From IMG/VR virus record IMGVR_UViG_2663763220_000009: a stretch of DNA of 5,634 nucleotides; one strand, written 5' to 3'. Both the position numbers and the translations under genes were made by a program. This document shows positions 1-5,634 of the stretch, piece after piece. Numbering within the stretch: position 1 is the first letter of the stretch; every line of letters begins with the position of its first letter. The stretch comes from a virus (taxonomy: Duplodnaviria; Heunggongvirae; Uroviricota; Caudoviricetes). The notes below the pieces were generated by a model. The model saw only the letters and a list, made by a program, of their open reading frames with translations. It was not told the DNA's origin and searched no databases.

Positions 1-43
1 ACGCAAGCACCTTAAAATCACCATCATACACTAAATCAGTAAG

Positions 44-697
44 TTGGCAGCATTACCTGACCCGTTATCTAAAACAGAATTCAATGCATTAATGGAAAGT
101 GAAAAAGGACAGAGCCAAAACTTGTGGAAATTTGCCGTTTACTCCGGGCTTCGTCACGGGGAACTGGCAGCTCTGGCGTGGGAGGATGTGGATTTCGAGA
201 AGGGAATTGTGAATGTCAGAAGAAACCTGACGATACTTGATATGTTCGGTCCCCCAAAAACAAATGCCGGGATCCGGACGGTAGCATTACTGCAGCCGGC
301 TCTTGAAGCACTGAAGGAGCAATACAAACTGACCGGGCATCATCGCAAAAGCGAAATCACTTTTTATCATCGGGAGTACGGCAGAACTGAAAAACAAAAA
401 CTGCATTTTGTTTTCATGCCCAGGGTGTGTAACGAAAAACAGAAACCTTATTACTCGGTAAGCAGTTTGGGTACAAGATGGAATGCAGCAGTAAAACGTG
501 CTGGTATTCGCCGCCGTAATCCGTACCATACGCGACATACTTTTGCCTGCTGGCTGTTGACGGCAGGAGCGAACCCGGCATTTATAGCCAGCCAGATGGG
601 GCATGAAACTGCGCAAATGGTGTATGAAATTTACGGTATGTGGATTGATGACATGAACGACGAACAGATAGCCATGTTGAATGCGCGGTTATCGTAG
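44..697 (+). CDS. Phage-type tyrosine recombinase/integrase, C-terminal catalytic domain only (probable truncated remnant or frameshifted gene)
   Basis: 217-aa ORF with tyrosine-recombinase hallmarks: Box I-like SGLRHGELAALAWEDVD (catalytic Arg), HTRHTFACWLL (HxxR motif) and GHETAQMVYEIYGMW (catalytic Tyr region). The ORF opens with TTG at 44 immediately after an in-frame TAA at 32..34, so the 150-200 aa N-terminal arm/core-binding part typical of full-length integrases is absent in this frame. Stop TAG at 695..697. Confidence 0.75.
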   Translation: MAALPDPLSKTEFNALMESEKGQSQNLWKFAVYSGLRHGELAALAWEDVDFEKGIVNVRRNLTILDMFGPPKTNAGIRTVALLQPALEALKEQYKLTGHHRKSEITFYHREYGRTEKQKLHFVFMPRVCNEKQKPYYSVSSLGTRWNAAVKRAGIRRRNPYHTRHTFACWLLTAGANPAFIASQMGHETAQMVYEIYGMWIDDMNDEQIAMLNARLS

Positions 698-705
698 TTG
701 CAAAG

Positions 706-728
706 TTTGCCCCCAATTTGCCCCATTT
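706..728. repeat. Tandem TTTGCCCC(C)A units (TTTGCCCCCAA + TTTGCCCCATTT)
   Basis: Read directly: 706..716 TTTGCCCCCAA followed by 717..728 TTTGCCCCATTT, just downstream of the integrase stop. The 12-mer TTTGCCCCATTT recurs exactly at 903..914. Confidence 0.3.
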
Positions 729-902
729 AGTACCAGAGAACTGAAATAATGCAAGAAAATCAACAAATTACAAAGAAAGAACAATACAACCTGAACAAGT
801 AAGGGCAAAAATCACAACTATCTGACTCATAAGTATTTTATTTATTTTTCAATATGTTAAACATTATCAGCGACAACAATAAGCTACGATAACCCACTCT
901 TT

Positions 903-920
903 TTTGCCCCATTTTTGCCA
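903..920. repeat. Second copy of TTTGCCCCATTT followed by degenerate TTGCCA unit
   Basis: Exact 12-mer match to 717..728, followed by TTGCCA at 915..920; lies about 197 bp from the first repeat cluster within the same AT-rich spacer. Confidence 0.3.
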
Positions 921-1033
921 TCAACAATTTTCCTCATAAAGTCATTTCAAAGCCTAATAGCTGCTCTACTTTTTTCCTCAATATCATGTCGCCAGCAGGA
1001 AACAACCTAATCCCTGTTTTAGGCCTCAAAGCT

Positions 1034-1052
1034 GTTAATGATAATTATTTTC
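1034..1052. promoter_or_regulatory. Fur box (iron-dependent repressor operator)
   Basis: GTTAATGATAATTATTTTC matches the 19-bp Fur consensus GATAATGATAATCATTATC at 16 of 19 positions (counted by hand); it overlaps the candidate -35 hexamer of the sitA promoter. Confidence 0.6.
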
Positions 1053-1076
1053 ATTTTGTATAGGTTATGCTATAAA
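1048..1076 (+). promoter_or_regulatory. Candidate sigma70 promoter for sitABCD (-35 TTTTCA, 17-bp spacer, extended -10 TGcTATAAA)
   Basis: -35 TTTTCA at 1048..1053, 17-bp spacer, TG at 1068..1069 and -10 TATAAA at 1071..1076. Predicted transcription start near 1083..1086, about 45 nt before the sitA ATG. Hexamer assignment is by eye and an alternative register cannot be excluded. Confidence 0.45.
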
Positions 1077-1096
1077 ACATAGCCGTTGCTATGTTT
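1075..1096. promoter_or_regulatory. MntR box (Mn2+-dependent repressor operator), perfect inverted repeat
   Basis: AAACATAGC-CGTT-GCTATGTTT: perfect 9-bp inverted repeat with 4-bp spacer, matching the AAACATAGC half-site of MntR operators described for mntH and sitA in enterobacteria. Overlaps the -10/+1 region of the candidate promoter. Confidence 0.7.
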
Positions 1097-1128
1097 GTTC
1101 TAATTTTGCTCACTATAGGTACTAAATT

Positions 1129-2043
1129 ATGCACTCAATAAAAAAAGTAACCATGCTCTTGGGGTGCCTCGCCCTCACCTGCTCGATCGCATTTCAGGCA
1201 AGTGCAACTGAAAAATTCAAGGTCATTACAACATTTACCATCATCGCGGATATGGCCAAAAACGTGGCTGGAGATGCTGCAGAAGTCTCATCCATAACCA
1301 AGCCTGGTGCAGAAATTCATGAGTATCAGCCTACCCCTGGCGATATTAAACGTGCGCAGGGGGCACAACTGATTCTCGCCAATGGTATGAATCTGGAATT
1401 GTGGTTCCAACGCTTTTACCAGCATCTCAATGGGGTTCCAGAAGTAATTGTCTCTTCGGGTGTGACGCCAGTAGGGATCACCGAAGGACCCTATGAGGGC
1501 AAACCTAATCCCCATGCATGGATGTCGCCAGATAATGCTCTGATTTACGTCGATAATATTCGTGATGCGTTGATAAAATACGATCCGGCAAATGCACAAA
1601 CCTACCAACGTAATGCCGATACTTATAAAGCCAAGATTACCCAAACCCTTGCCCCCCTGCGTAAGCAGATTACGGAACTCCCTGAGAATCAGCGATGGAT
1701 GGTCACCAGTGAAGGGGCTTTTTCTTATCTCGCACGCGATTTGGGGCTAAAAGAGCTTTATCTGTGGCCGATTAATGCCGATCAACAAGGAACACCGCAG
1801 CAGGTACGTAAGGTTGTTGATATAGTTAAGAAAAATCATATCCCGGCAGTCTTTAGCGAGAGTACGATTTCCGATAAACCAGCGCGTCAGGTTGCGCGTG
1901 AAACCGGCGCACACTACGGCGGTGTGCTCTATGTCGATTCCCTGAGCACAGAAAACGGCCCGGTACCTACGTATATCGACCTTCTTAAGGTTACTACCAG
2001 TACGCTGGTACAGGGAATTAAAGCCGGGAAAAGGGAGAAATAA
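1129..2043 (+). CDS. sitA: Mn2+/Fe2+ ABC transporter periplasmic substrate-binding protein SitA (cluster A-I, PsaA/TroA/MntC family)
   Basis: 304-aa ORF with an N-terminal signal peptide (hydrophobic [17 protein letters not shown], likely cleaved before TEKF). Conserved metal-ligand motifs of the family: EIHEYQP (His), NPHAWMS (His), TSEGAFSY (Glu), YVDSL (Asp). Weak SD AGGT about 8 nt upstream of the ATG at 1129. Stop TAA at 2041..2043. Confidence 0.95.
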   Translation: MHSIKKVTMLLGCLALTCSIAFQASATEKFKVITTFTIIADMAKNVAGDAAEVSSITKPGAEIHEYQPTPGDIKRAQGAQLILANGMNLELWFQRFYQHLNGVPEVIVSSGVTPVGITEGPYEGKPNPHAWMSPDNALIYVDNIRDALIKYDPANAQTYQRNADTYKAKITQTLAPLRKQITELPENQRWMVTSEGAFSYLARDLGLKELYLWPINADQQGTPQQVRKVVDIVKKNHIPAVFSESTISDKPARQVARETGAHYGGVLYVDSLSTENGPVPTYIDLLKVTTSTLVQGIKAGKREK

Positions 2044-2870
2044 TGATGCAATCTGCAGGCATTGTCGTTAATGATGTTACTGTCACCTGGCGTAACGGGC
2101 ACACAGCACTGCGCGATGCATCCTTCACAGTACCAAGTGGATCTATTGCCGCTCTGGTTGGGGTAAACGGTTCCGGAAAATCGACGTTGTTTAAAGCGAT
2201 TATGGGATTTGTGCGTCTGACCAGCGGAAAGATATCTGTTCTGGGTATTCCCACGCGACAGGCGCTACAGAAAAACCTGGTTGCCTACGTCCCTCAGTCA
2301 GAAGAGGTTGACTGGTCATTTCCTGTACTGGTGGAAGATGTGGTGATGATGGGCCGCTATGGGCATATGGGTATGTTGCGTATAGCCAAAAAGAGGGATC
2401 GTCAGATTGTCACCGATGCGCTGGAACGTGTCGATATGGTGGATTTTCGCCATCGTCAAATCGGCGAGCTTTCCGGTGGACAAAAGAAACGCGTCTTTCT
2501 GGCGAGAGCAATTGCACAGCAGGGTGATGTGATCCTGCTGGATGAACCTTTTACCGGCGTTGATGTGAAAACCGAAGCGAAAATCATCAGCCTGTTGAGG
2601 GAGTTACGCGCGGAAGGCAAAACGATGCTTGTCTCAACGCACAATCTCGGCTCAGTCACGACATTTTGCGATTATACGGTCATGGTCAAAGGCACCGTCC
2701 TGGCAAGCGGGCCGACAGACACCACTTTTACAGCCGAGAACCTGGAGCTGGCTTTTAGCGGCGTACTGCGCCATGTCACACTTAACGGCTCGGAAGAAAG
2801 CATTATTACTGACGATGAACGCCCTTTTGTGGCACATCGACCGTCAGCGGTGCAGAGGGAAGCAAGATGA
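2043..2870 (+). CDS. sitB: Mn2+/Fe2+ ABC transporter ATP-binding protein SitB
   Basis: 275-aa ORF with Walker [13 protein letters not shown] signature LSGGQKKRV and Walker B VILLDEP. Its ATG at 2043 overlaps the sitA stop (TAATG); a second in-frame ATG at 2046 is an alternative start. Confidence 0.95.
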   Translation: MMQSAGIVVNDVTVTWRNGHTALRDASFTVPSGSIAALVGVNGSGKSTLFKAIMGFVRLTSGKISVLGIPTRQALQKNLVAYVPQSEEVDWSFPVLVEDVVMMGRYGHMGMLRIAKKRDRQIVTDALERVDMVDFRHRQIGELSGGQKKRVFLARAIAQQGDVILLDEPFTGVDVKTEAKIISLLRELRAEGKTMLVSTHNLGSVTTFCDYTVMVKGTVLASGPTDTTFTAENLELAFSGVLRHVTLNGSEESIITDDERPFVAHRPSAVQREAR

Positions 2871-3724
2871 ACGTGCTACTGGAACCCTTCAGCTATGAAT
2901 ATATGCTCAATGCGATGTGGGTCTCGGCAATGGTCGGCGGTCTCTGCGCTTTCCTGTCATGCTATCTGATGCTAAAAGGCTGGTCGCTGATTGGCGATGC
3001 GCTGTCGCACTCTATTGTCCCGGGTGTTGCGGGGGCATATATGCTGGGGCTTCCGTTTTCTCTGGGAGCCTTCTTTTCCGGCGGACTGGCAGCGGGCAGC
3101 ATGCTGTTTCTTAACCAACGCACCCGCTTAAAAGAAGATGCCATCATCGGCCTGATCTTCTCGTCCTTTTTTGGCCTGGGGCTGTTTATGGTGTCATTGA
3201 ACCCGACATCCGTGAACATTCAGACCATCGTCCTGGGCAATATTCTGGCAATCGATCCGGCGGATATCCTGCAACTCACTATCATTGGCATTCTCTCGAT
3301 CATCGTGCTTTTTTTCAAATGGAAAGATCTTATGGTGACCTTTTTCGACGAGAATCACGCCCGTGCTATTGGATTACATCCGGGCAGATTAAAAATCCTC
3401 TTCTTCACCCTGCTGTCGGTTTCGACCGTTGCGGCGCTGCAAACGGTTGGTGCCTTTCTGGTGATCTGTCTGGTGGTGACTCCCGGTGCAACAGCATGGT
3501 TGTTAACCGATCGTTTTCCCCGCCTGCTCATAATTGCTGTAACTATTGGCAGTGTAACCAGTTTCCTCGGCGCGTGGGTCAGTTACTTTCTGGACGGCGC
3601 GACAGGTGGAATCATCGTGGTGGCGCAGACACTGCTGTTTCTTTTAGCATTTGTATTTGCGCCCACCCATGGACTTTTGGCAAATCGTCGGCGTGCGCAT
3701 AAAGCGCTGGAGGATCGCTCATGA
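2867..3724 (+). CDS. sitC: Mn2+/Fe2+ ABC transporter permease SitC (ABC-3 family integral membrane protein)
   Basis: 285-aa highly hydrophobic ORF with multiple predicted transmembrane segments, typical of MntB/ZnuB-type permeases. Start ATG overlaps the sitB stop (ATGA at 2867..2870), with SD GAGGGA 6-7 nt upstream. Confidence 0.93.
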   Translation: MNVLLEPFSYEYMLNAMWVSAMVGGLCAFLSCYLMLKGWSLIGDALSHSIVPGVAGAYMLGLPFSLGAFFSGGLAAGSMLFLNQRTRLKEDAIIGLIFSSFFGLGLFMVSLNPTSVNIQTIVLGNILAIDPADILQLTIIGILSIIVLFFKWKDLMVTFFDENHARAIGLHPGRLKILFFTLLSVSTVAALQTVGAFLVICLVVTPGATAWLLTDRFPRLLIIAVTIGSVTSFLGAWVSYFLDGATGGIIVVAQTLLFLLAFVFAPTHGLLANRRRAHKALEDRS

Positions 3725-4578
3725 TGGCATTATTACTGGAGCCACTGCAGTTCACCTTTATGAGTCACGCACTGCTGATTTCACTGGTAGTTTCCATACC
3801 CTGTGCGCTGCTGTCGGTCTTTCTGGTCCTGAAAGGTTGGGCACTGATGGGTGACGCGATGAGTCATGCGGTTTTTCCTGGCATCGTGCTTACCTGGATT
3901 CTGGGGTTACCTCTGGCTACAGGGGCATTCGTCGCCGGAGTATTCTGCGCGGTGGCGACGGGATACCTGAAAGACAACAGCCGAATCAAGCAAGATACAG
4001 TTATGGGGATTGTTTTTTCTGGCATGTTTGCCGCAGGTCTGATCTTGTATATTGCAATTAAACCAGACGTACATCTTGACCATATTCTTTTCGGCGACAT
4101 GCTCGGGATAACCATCGGCGACATAATCCAGACGGTGATTATTGCCGGGCTGGTTACACTTGTTATTAGCGTAAAATGGCGGGATTTTTTGCTGTTCAGC
4201 TTTGATTATCAACAGGCGCAGGTAAGCGGTTTGCATACGAGATGGCTGCATTATGGGCTGCTGTGCATGGTTTCCCTGACCATTGTGGCGACGCTGAAAG
4301 CAGTAGGTATCATTCTCTCTATTTCTCTGCTCATTGCGCCTGGCGCCATTGCAGTACTCCTGACACAACGCTTTCATATTGCGCTCCTACTGGCGACTGG
4401 CATATCGGTAATAGTGTCAATGACTGGTGTCTGGCTGTCCTTTTTTATCGACAGCGCACCAGCTCCGACGATTGTCGTCTTATTCGCGGTCGTGTTCATC
4501 ATGACGTTTACCGTTACCAGCATCAACGCACGCACAAAGGGAAACGCCCATACACAGGATCTGTTATCACCCAATTAG
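3721..4578 (+). CDS. sitD: Mn2+/Fe2+ ABC transporter permease SitD (ABC-3 family integral membrane protein)
   Basis: 285-aa hydrophobic ORF paralogous to SitC (shared motifs [14 protein letters not shown] versus LKGWALMGDAMSHA). ATG at 3721 overlaps the sitC stop (ATGA), with SD GGAGGA 6 nt upstream. Stop TAG at 4576..4578. Confidence 0.93.
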   Translation: MMALLLEPLQFTFMSHALLISLVVSIPCALLSVFLVLKGWALMGDAMSHAVFPGIVLTWILGLPLATGAFVAGVFCAVATGYLKDNSRIKQDTVMGIVFSGMFAAGLILYIAIKPDVHLDHILFGDMLGITIGDIIQTVIIAGLVTLVISVKWRDFLLFSFDYQQAQVSGLHTRWLHYGLLCMVSLTIVATLKAVGIILSISLLIAPGAIAVLLTQRFHIALLLATGISVIVSMTGVWLSFFIDSAPAPTIVVLFAVVFIMTFTVTSINARTKGNAHTQDLLSPN

Positions 4579-4741
4579 CACAACATCCGAGGACAGCATC
4601 GTCCGCCAGCCTACAGAAGTCCGGAAAGCCATGGAAGGTCGTTGGGAGGAGGTACGAATTCTATCATGCAAAAAATACGTAAAATCGATAACGCCTAGAA
4701 ATCATTCAATACTCGCACTATCGAAAGTTTACCAGCCAACC

Positions 4742-4783
4742 GCGGCACGTTCCTGCATACGACGTGCCGCAGCTTCTGTTATT
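4742..4783 (+). terminator. Candidate intrinsic terminator hairpin between convergent sitD and the minus-strand ORF
   Basis: Perfect 9-bp stem GCGGCACGT (4742..4750) / ACGTGCCGC (4762..4770) with an 11-nt loop, followed on the plus strand by AGCTTCTGTTATT (moderately T-rich). It lies about 165 nt after the sitD stop and directly abuts the stop codon (4779..4781) of the convergent gene. No U-tract on the minus-strand side. Confidence 0.35.
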
Positions 4784-5456
4784 CCACGATAAAATTCCTA
4801 ACCGAATTCAAATCCTTCAGACTATTCAGCTCTTCCTTCAGCTCCCGCTGACGGCGATAAATCTCATCGTTGCGATCGACCTGCGCCTGCACCATTGCTG
4901 CCGCCAGTTCTTCCAGTTCCGGCATCGACAGTTTCACCTGCTGATTATCGGCATCGCTCCACGCCATATGTGTTTGTGCTGTGACAGATTTTGCCAGCAT
5001 GACTACCGGGGACAGGCGGCCCAGTGAGTCGGGACCAGCATTCCAGATACGACCGTTCCATTCAAACGTGAACAGCTTCGCCTCCTGTTCTGCGCGCCAT
5101 GCTTCAATTTCCTGACGTCTGGCCTCTCTGGCCGCTNNNNNNNNNNNNNNNNNNNNNNNNNNNNNNNNNNNNNNNNNNNNNNNNNNNNNNNNNNNNNNNN
5201 NNNNNNNNNNNNNNNNNNNNNNNNNNNNNNNNNNNNNNNNGCTTTGCAGTTCCTGCCAGATTTGCTGACCCGTCGGAGCGACATCATCAGCGGTGGCTGT
5301 GTAGGGGACTGCCTGGTCCCTGTCGTCAAAAAAAACGTCACAGTCTACTGCGCCACTTTCGGTATAACGGGGATTAATGATTTTTTTAATTTCCACGGTG
5401 CATTCCTCACGATGTGCGAATAAAAAGCCCGGGCATTGCGCCAGAGACATGTGCAT
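4779..5456 (-). CDS. Phage-associated hypothetical protein with DUF4376-like C-terminal region; ORF interrupted by an N-run, start uncertain
   Basis: The C-terminal 119 aa (4779..5136) read ...FTFEWNGRIWNAGPDSLGRLSPVVMLAK...MAWSDADNQQVKLSMPELEELAAAM...NFIVE, which by recollection resembles the DUF4376 domain of prophage tail-fibre-associated proteins; not verified by HMM. The frame is open from 5534 to the TAA at 4779..4781 but crosses 104 N (5137..5240), so continuity is unproven. A GTG at 5396 preceded by GAGGA (7-nt spacing) is a more convincing start than the ATG at 5456, which has no SD. Confidence 0.5.
   Translation of the reverse strand: MHMSLAQCPGFLFAHREECTVEIKKIINPRYTESGAVDCDVFFDDRDQAVPYTATADDVAPTGQQIWQELQSXXXXXXXXXXXXXXXXXXXXXXXXXXXXXXXXXXXAAREARRQEIEAWRAEQEAKLFTFEWNGRIWNAGPDSLGRLSPVVMLAKSVTAQTHMAWSDADNQQVKLSMPELEELAAAMVQAQVDRNDEIYRRQRELKEELNSLKDLNSVRNFIVE
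5137..5240. other. Run of 104 N (assembly gap or masked bases)
   Basis: Directly visible in the sequence; true length and content unknown. Confidence 0.99.
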
Positions 5457-5490
5457 CCGGCACCCCGGACAGGGCGCAATATGACCCCGG
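5429..5490. repeat. GC-rich imperfect inverted repeat (CCGGGCATTGCGCC ... GGCGCAATATGACCCCGG) with internal CCGGCACCCCGG
   Basis: ATTGCGCC (5435..5442) and its reverse complement GGCGCAAT (5473..5480) are flanked by CCGGG / CCCGG and separated by about 30 nt containing CCGGCACCCCGG. It sits just upstream (in minus-strand sense) of the phage-like ORF. Function unknown. Confidence 0.25.
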
Positions 5491-5634
5491 TAATGAATGC
5501 TCTGAACATCCCGTAATGAAAAATTGTGGGGATGCTATATACGTTCCGGTGGGAGTACTGGGCACTGAAATCCCTGATATCGTGTTCTCTGGCGATCCGG
5601 GCAACAACAGCCCCAGGCTGTAACGCCTGCTTAG

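Larger units (their letters stand above)
1..5634. mobile_element. Putative degraded prophage-like island carrying sitABCD as cargo (boundaries lie outside the window)
   Basis: Integrase catalytic-domain fragment at the left, phage-type DUF4376-like ORF at the right, AT-rich 431-bp spacer between integrase and sitA. Inference from gene content only; no att sites or direct terminal repeats identified inside the window. Confidence 0.35.

Noticed and set aside
287-616. 109-aa minus-strand ORF inside the integrase gene
   Set aside because: Fully embedded antisense to a CDS with recognisable catalytic motifs; no independent signal; treated as a shadow ORF.
749-802. 17-codon ORF (MQENQQITKKEQYNLNK) in the AT-rich leader
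   Set aside because: No Shine-Dalgarno; the Lys/Gln/Asn-rich product is what AT-rich DNA encodes by chance.
698-1128. Possible tRNA or att site next to the integrase
   Set aside because: Integrases often sit beside a tRNA, but this spacer is AT-rich with no GC-rich cloverleaf-like segment or tRNA-like conserved boxes that I could recognise; no tRNA called.
1288-1644. 118-aa minus-strand ORF inside sitA
   Set aside because: Antisense shadow ORF within a strongly supported gene.
2018-3219. Short ORFs on both strands overlapping sitB and the start of sitC (2018..2254 -, 2456..2659 -, 2629..2898 +, 2652..2837 -, 2917..3114 +, 2962..3219 -)
   Set aside because: All lie inside or out of frame with sitB/sitC, which carry diagnostic ABC motifs; the translations are low-complexity and Arg/Cys/Ser-rich, typical of off-frame reading.
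3319-4682. Short ORFs overlapping sitC/sitD (3319..3702 +, 3651..3854 +, 3864..4124 -, 3907..4377 -, 4242..4682 +, 4374..4574 -)
   Set aside because: Alternate-frame or antisense ORFs within the hydrophobic permease genes; no RBS or independent support.
4644-4698. Strong SD-like GGGAGGAGG followed 13 nt later by a 10-codon ORF (MQKIRKIDNA)
   Set aside because: Too short and the spacing is long; most likely a chance purine-rich run in the 3' UTR. Only ribosome profiling would justify a call.
4764-5377. Plus-strand ORFs 4764..5027 and 5099..5377 and minus-strand ORF 5003..5341 overlapping the phage-like gene
   Set aside because: Overlap the better-supported minus-strand frame; two of them read through the N-run; the translations are compositionally odd.
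5407-5623. Mutually overlapping ORFs 5407..5607 (-) and 5414..5623 (+) at the window edge
   Set aside because: Both are Pro/Gly/Ser-rich and overlap each other on opposite strands in a GC-rich palindromic region, and the window ends before either can be judged. The minus one could be the tail of an upstream phage gene, but I cannot support a call.
1-5634. CRISPR array, intact IS element or toxin-antitoxin pair
   Set aside because: No regularly spaced direct repeats with unique spacers, no terminal inverted repeats flanking a transposase-like ORF, and no small paired ORFs with plausible starts were found.

Overview
This window holds a complete sitABCD-type Mn2+/Fe2+ ABC importer operon (plus strand, 1129..4578) flanked by phage-derived sequence; I see no evidence of a novel system. 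All calls rest on reading the sequence and the supplied ORF translations; no database search or folding was run. Upstream is the C-terminal catalytic part of a tyrosine integrase (44..697, cut off by an in-frame stop at 32..34), then a 431-bp AT-rich leader. That leader carries a candidate sigma70 promoter overlapped by a Fur box (1034..1052) and a perfect MntR-type palindrome (1075..1096). The four sit genes have touching or overlapping stop/start codons. Downstream, a convergent minus-strand ORF (4779..5456) with a phage DUF4376-like C-terminal half is interrupted by a 104-N run (5137..5240), so its reading frame across the gap is unverified. No tRNA, rRNA, CRISPR array or intact IS element was recognised. 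The likeliest interpretation is a known metal-uptake virulence/fitness module carried as cargo in a degraded prophage-like island; the open points are the regulatory architecture, the repeats in the leader and the gap.
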